Source: a virus (Duplodnaviria > Caudoviricetes). From it: a DNA stretch of 57,615 nt. The stretch is taken from IMG/VR virus record IMGVR_UViG_3300045911_000150, positions 1-57,615 of that record. One strand, written 5' to 3'. Made by a program: the position numbers and the translations under genes. Under the pieces are notes generated by a model, which did no database searches, was not told where the DNA came from, and worked only from the letters and a program-made list of their open reading frames with translations. Shown here one piece after another: positions 55,351 to 57,615 of the stretch (its first letter is position 1; every line of letters starts with the position of its first letter).

Positions 55351-55842
55351 CGGAGATTCTCCTGGGTTGGGGCTGGTGGAAGGCATGTAGCAGACGGTTT
55401 TGCCCATTTCAAGGGGGTTAATAGAGGCTTTTGCCCATTGGGCGGGCTAATGGGTTGTTTTCGACCAAGGTGAGTCAGTCAGGGGGCGGTTAAGTAGCTG
55501 ATGCAGCACGAAGGTGAGTCCACTGGTCAAAATAGACACGGTTTTAGAGCGATAGTAAGTGTGTCTGGCATAGGATTCGGGGGGATTCGGGAGTTCGCCA
55601 CATGTTGGCAACTAAAAATGGCATTCCGTACCGTGACTACAGCAAAAAAACCTGTCTATCCAGTCTATTTTATATATCTATTGACTTATAAACAAACAAA
55701 AACAACAACATGGAGATCGCCCGACTGAAGGCCTCCGGCGACCACTAGACTCAGTGGACCCCCCCAATGGACGCATTGGACCCCCCCAATAGGTCGCGTT
55801 TTCTCTATTCGCCTACCCCGAGGTGGTCAGAATCGGCCCAAG

Positions 55843-56180
55843 TTTGTGACATCTATCACAAACTTGTTGGAGACTTGCCCTATTGGGGACCTACACTAGG
55901 TTCACCGGTTGGAAACTTTCTCTATTCGCGCCTACACTAGGTTCACCGGTTGGAAACTTCCCCTATTCACGCACTACACTAGGTTCACATGTTGGAAACT
56001 TTCCCTATTCACGCACTACACTAGGTTTGCATGTTGGAAACTCTCTCTATTCGCTCACTACACTAGGTTTACATGTTGGAAACTTTTCCTATTCGTGCGC
56101 GAGTTTGTGACATGTGTCACAAACTTGTTGGAGACTTCACCTATTCGTGCGCGGCACTAGAGTCACTTGTTGGAGATTCT
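55843..56180. repeat. About 42-bp-period iteron-like array with two embedded palindromes (55843-55862 variant, 56104-56123)
   Basis: CTACACTAGGTT...GTTGGAAACT....CTATTC units start at 55891, 55932, 55974, 56016 and 56058. Confidence 0.9.
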
Positions 56181-56400
56181 TGCCTGGCGACGGCACTACC
56201 GTCCCACTACTGTCCCGTATCGGCTGCTGGCGCAGCCTGCATTGGGGTCGGCTGCTGGTGCAGCCTGCGTGGTGAATAGAGAAATGGAGTCCGCGTTGGG
56301 GGCGGCGGGCTGCGCCGCCTGCGTGGTGAATAGGATCGTCGCGGCGAATAGGCCCGTTGTGGCGAATAGGGCAATAGGGTCTGGGCGAGTCCTCAGCAAG

Positions 56401-56420
56401 TTTGTGACATGTGTCACAAA
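56401..56420. promoter_or_regulatory. Palindrome TTTGTGAC-ATGT-GTCACAAA
   Basis: Just downstream (- strand) of the double terminator. Confidence 0.85.
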
Positions 56421-56444
56421 CTCGGGCCCTGTGCGGCAGGCATG

Positions 56445-56530
56445 AAAAAACCCCCCGGCTTGCGCCGGGGGGTTGGGGGCCGGGGGCTGGGCGGCAGGCA
56501 TGAAAAAACCCCCCGGCTTGCGCCGGGGGG
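56445..56530 (-). terminator. Two identical intrinsic terminators in tandem
   Basis: CCCCCCGGC-GCAA-GCCGGGGGG-TTTTTT at 56445-56472 and 56503-56530. Confidence 0.88.
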
Positions 56531-56555
56531 TTGGGGGCCGTTCGGGCCGGGGCGG

Positions 56556-57365
56556 TTACTTCGAGGTCTCCGCCTTGACGGCCGCGATGAAGGCCTCATA
56601 GGCGCTGCGCAGCGGGCCGGGCAGGCTCTTGCGATTTTTCTTCATGTTGGCGACCATGAACGCGGCTTCGTTCTGCGCGTGGGCGTACCATTCGGCCTTG
56701 CTCACCAAGATCGGCAGGGTGAGGCCCTGCGCGGCCGGCACCTCGGCCGGCACCTCGGCCGGCGCCTCGGCCGGCGCCTCGGGCTCCGACTCGGTCTGCG
56801 TCATGCGCGGCTTGCGCGAGCTGATCTTGACGGCGGTCATGTCGGCCGGAGGCGGGTTCGTGGCCAGCGGCACGAAGAACGCATCCGAATTGATCGCCGT
56901 GGTGTCGGCCGGGGTGGGCGACTCGGTGTCGGCCGGGGTGGGCGACTCGGTGTCGGCCGGGGTGGGCGACTCGGTGTCGGTCGCGGCCGACGGCCGCGCG
57001 CCGCCCTGCGGCGCGTCGCTCTGAAGATCCAGCTTGGCCAGCAGGCGCGAACGGGCCTGCCGCGCGGCATCGTAGGCGGTTTTCCAGCCCTGCGGTCGAT
57101 CCTTGTCGGCGAAATCGAACCACGCCAGCGCCTTGGCCATGGATTTGACGTTGCAGGGCATCCCCAACGCGTGGGCGATGTAGCCCGCATCGAACGTACG
57201 CCGCATCTGAGTGGACACGACGCCAGCGACACCGGCCGAGTTGCGGAACGCCTTTTCGACGGCCGCGCGCAGCGCCGCATCCTTGGCGCTGGCCATGTGG
57301 CCCGCATCGAAGAGTCCGCGATCCGCCTCGGACGGGTTGAACGGGGTCGGCTTGGGTTTGGTCAT
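56556..57365 (-). CDS. Hypothetical early protein with (ADTESPTP)n and (APAE)n linkers; paralog of 930-1577
   Basis: AGGAG RBS; own promoter and double terminator. Confidence 0.8.
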   Translation of the reverse strand: MTKPKPTPFNPSEADRGLFDAGHMASAKDAALRAAVEKAFRNSAGVAGVVSTQMRRTFDAGYIAHALGMPCNVKSMAKALAWFDFADKDRPQGWKTAYDAARQARSRLLAKLDLQSDAPQGGARPSAATDTESPTPADTESPTPADTESPTPADTTAINSDAFFVPLATNPPPADMTAVKISSRKPRMTQTESEPEAPAEAPAEVPAEVPAAQGLTLPILVSKAEWYAHAQNEAAFMVANMKKNRKSLPGPLRSAYEAFIAAVKAETSK

Positions 57366-57434
57366 AGCAGTAACTCCTATGTGTGATTTGGGCGGGTTGC
57401 CCGGCTGGCCTCGGTTATTCGCGACCATACACAT

Positions 57435-57463
57435 AAACTAGCCCATGTTCGGGTCTATGTCAA
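57435..57463 (-). promoter_or_regulatory. Sigma70-type early promoter TTGACA-N17-TAGTTT
   Basis: Perfect -35; immediately downstream of the palindrome ladder. Confidence 0.75.
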
Positions 57464-57489
57464 GCACTATTTTACATGTTGGCGGTTCT

Positions 57490-57615
57490 AGTTTGTGACA
57501 CATGTCACAAACTCCGCTAGGTGTTGCGGGGTTCATGTTCGGTCCAGCGAGTTTGTGACACATGTCACAAACTCCGCTAGGTGTTGCGGGGTTCATGTTC
57601 GGTCCAGCGAGTTTG
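57490..57615 (+). repeat. Terminal repeat identical to 1-126
   Basis: Direct comparison. Confidence 0.95.

Larger units (their letters stand above)
1..57615. mobile_element. Complete or near-complete tailed dsDNA bacteriophage genome (podovirus-like)
   Basis: Terminase, portal, capsid, tail fibre, endolysin and replication genes lie in two opposed arms; no host housekeeping genes; identical 126-bp ends; no major tail tube or tape-measure gene recognised. Confidence 0.95.

Noticed and set aside
55843-56180. CRISPR or mini-array
   Set aside because: Whole units are degenerate copies of each other, with no unique spacers
55501-56501. Short ORFs in the repeat region (55501-55728, 55883-56110, 55909-56160, 56073-56279, 56167-56445, 56196-56501)
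   Set aside because: Translations of non-coding repeats or AT-rich spacer, with atypical codon usage and no convincing RBS
57490-57615. Biological direct terminal repeat
   Set aside because: 126 bp is consistent with an assembler k-mer overlap and falls inside a tandem repeat; true ends need read data
1-57615. tRNA or rRNA genes
   Set aside because: No cloverleaf or T-loop signature noticed in intergenic gaps; tRNAscan-SE would be needed to exclude them formally

Overview
The window is an apparently complete, GC-rich dsDNA tailed phage genome, most likely podovirus-like. Bases 1-126 equal 57490-57615, implying a circular or permuted unit of about 57,489 bp. The + strand (about 2.3-31.5 kb) is the late/structural arm: terminase small and large subunits, portal, scaffold, N4-gp56-type major capsid, head-tail adaptor, a 2395-aa ejected/polyvalent protein, a collagen tail fibre, a GH108 lysis cassette and tail/ejection genes. 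The - strand (57.4 to 31.5 kb, plus 1.6 to 0.4 kb) carries early genes and the replication module: AEP-primase/DUF927 helicase, SSB-like protein, SNF2 helicase, VRR-NUC, Cas4-like and DEDD exonucleases, two DNA methyltransferases, family A DNA polymerase, HD hydrolase, MoxR-type AAA plus vWA metallopeptidase, RadC and many small ORFs. I recognised no integrase, RNA polymerase, tRNA or CRISPR array. The most striking unexplained structure is a 20-bp palindrome, TTTGTGAC-N4-GTCACAAA, in 15 distinct copies confined to the early arm and the genome junction. It marks gene junctions, supplies the stop codon of three genes and is joined to a conserved CA-rich leader/RBS, so the early region looks like an array of repeat-bounded gene cassettes. 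Other repeats cluster at the junction: a second palindrome class, a 42-bp iteron-like array and a G-quadruplex-like microsatellite. Product calls come from motif recognition by eye, not from database searches.
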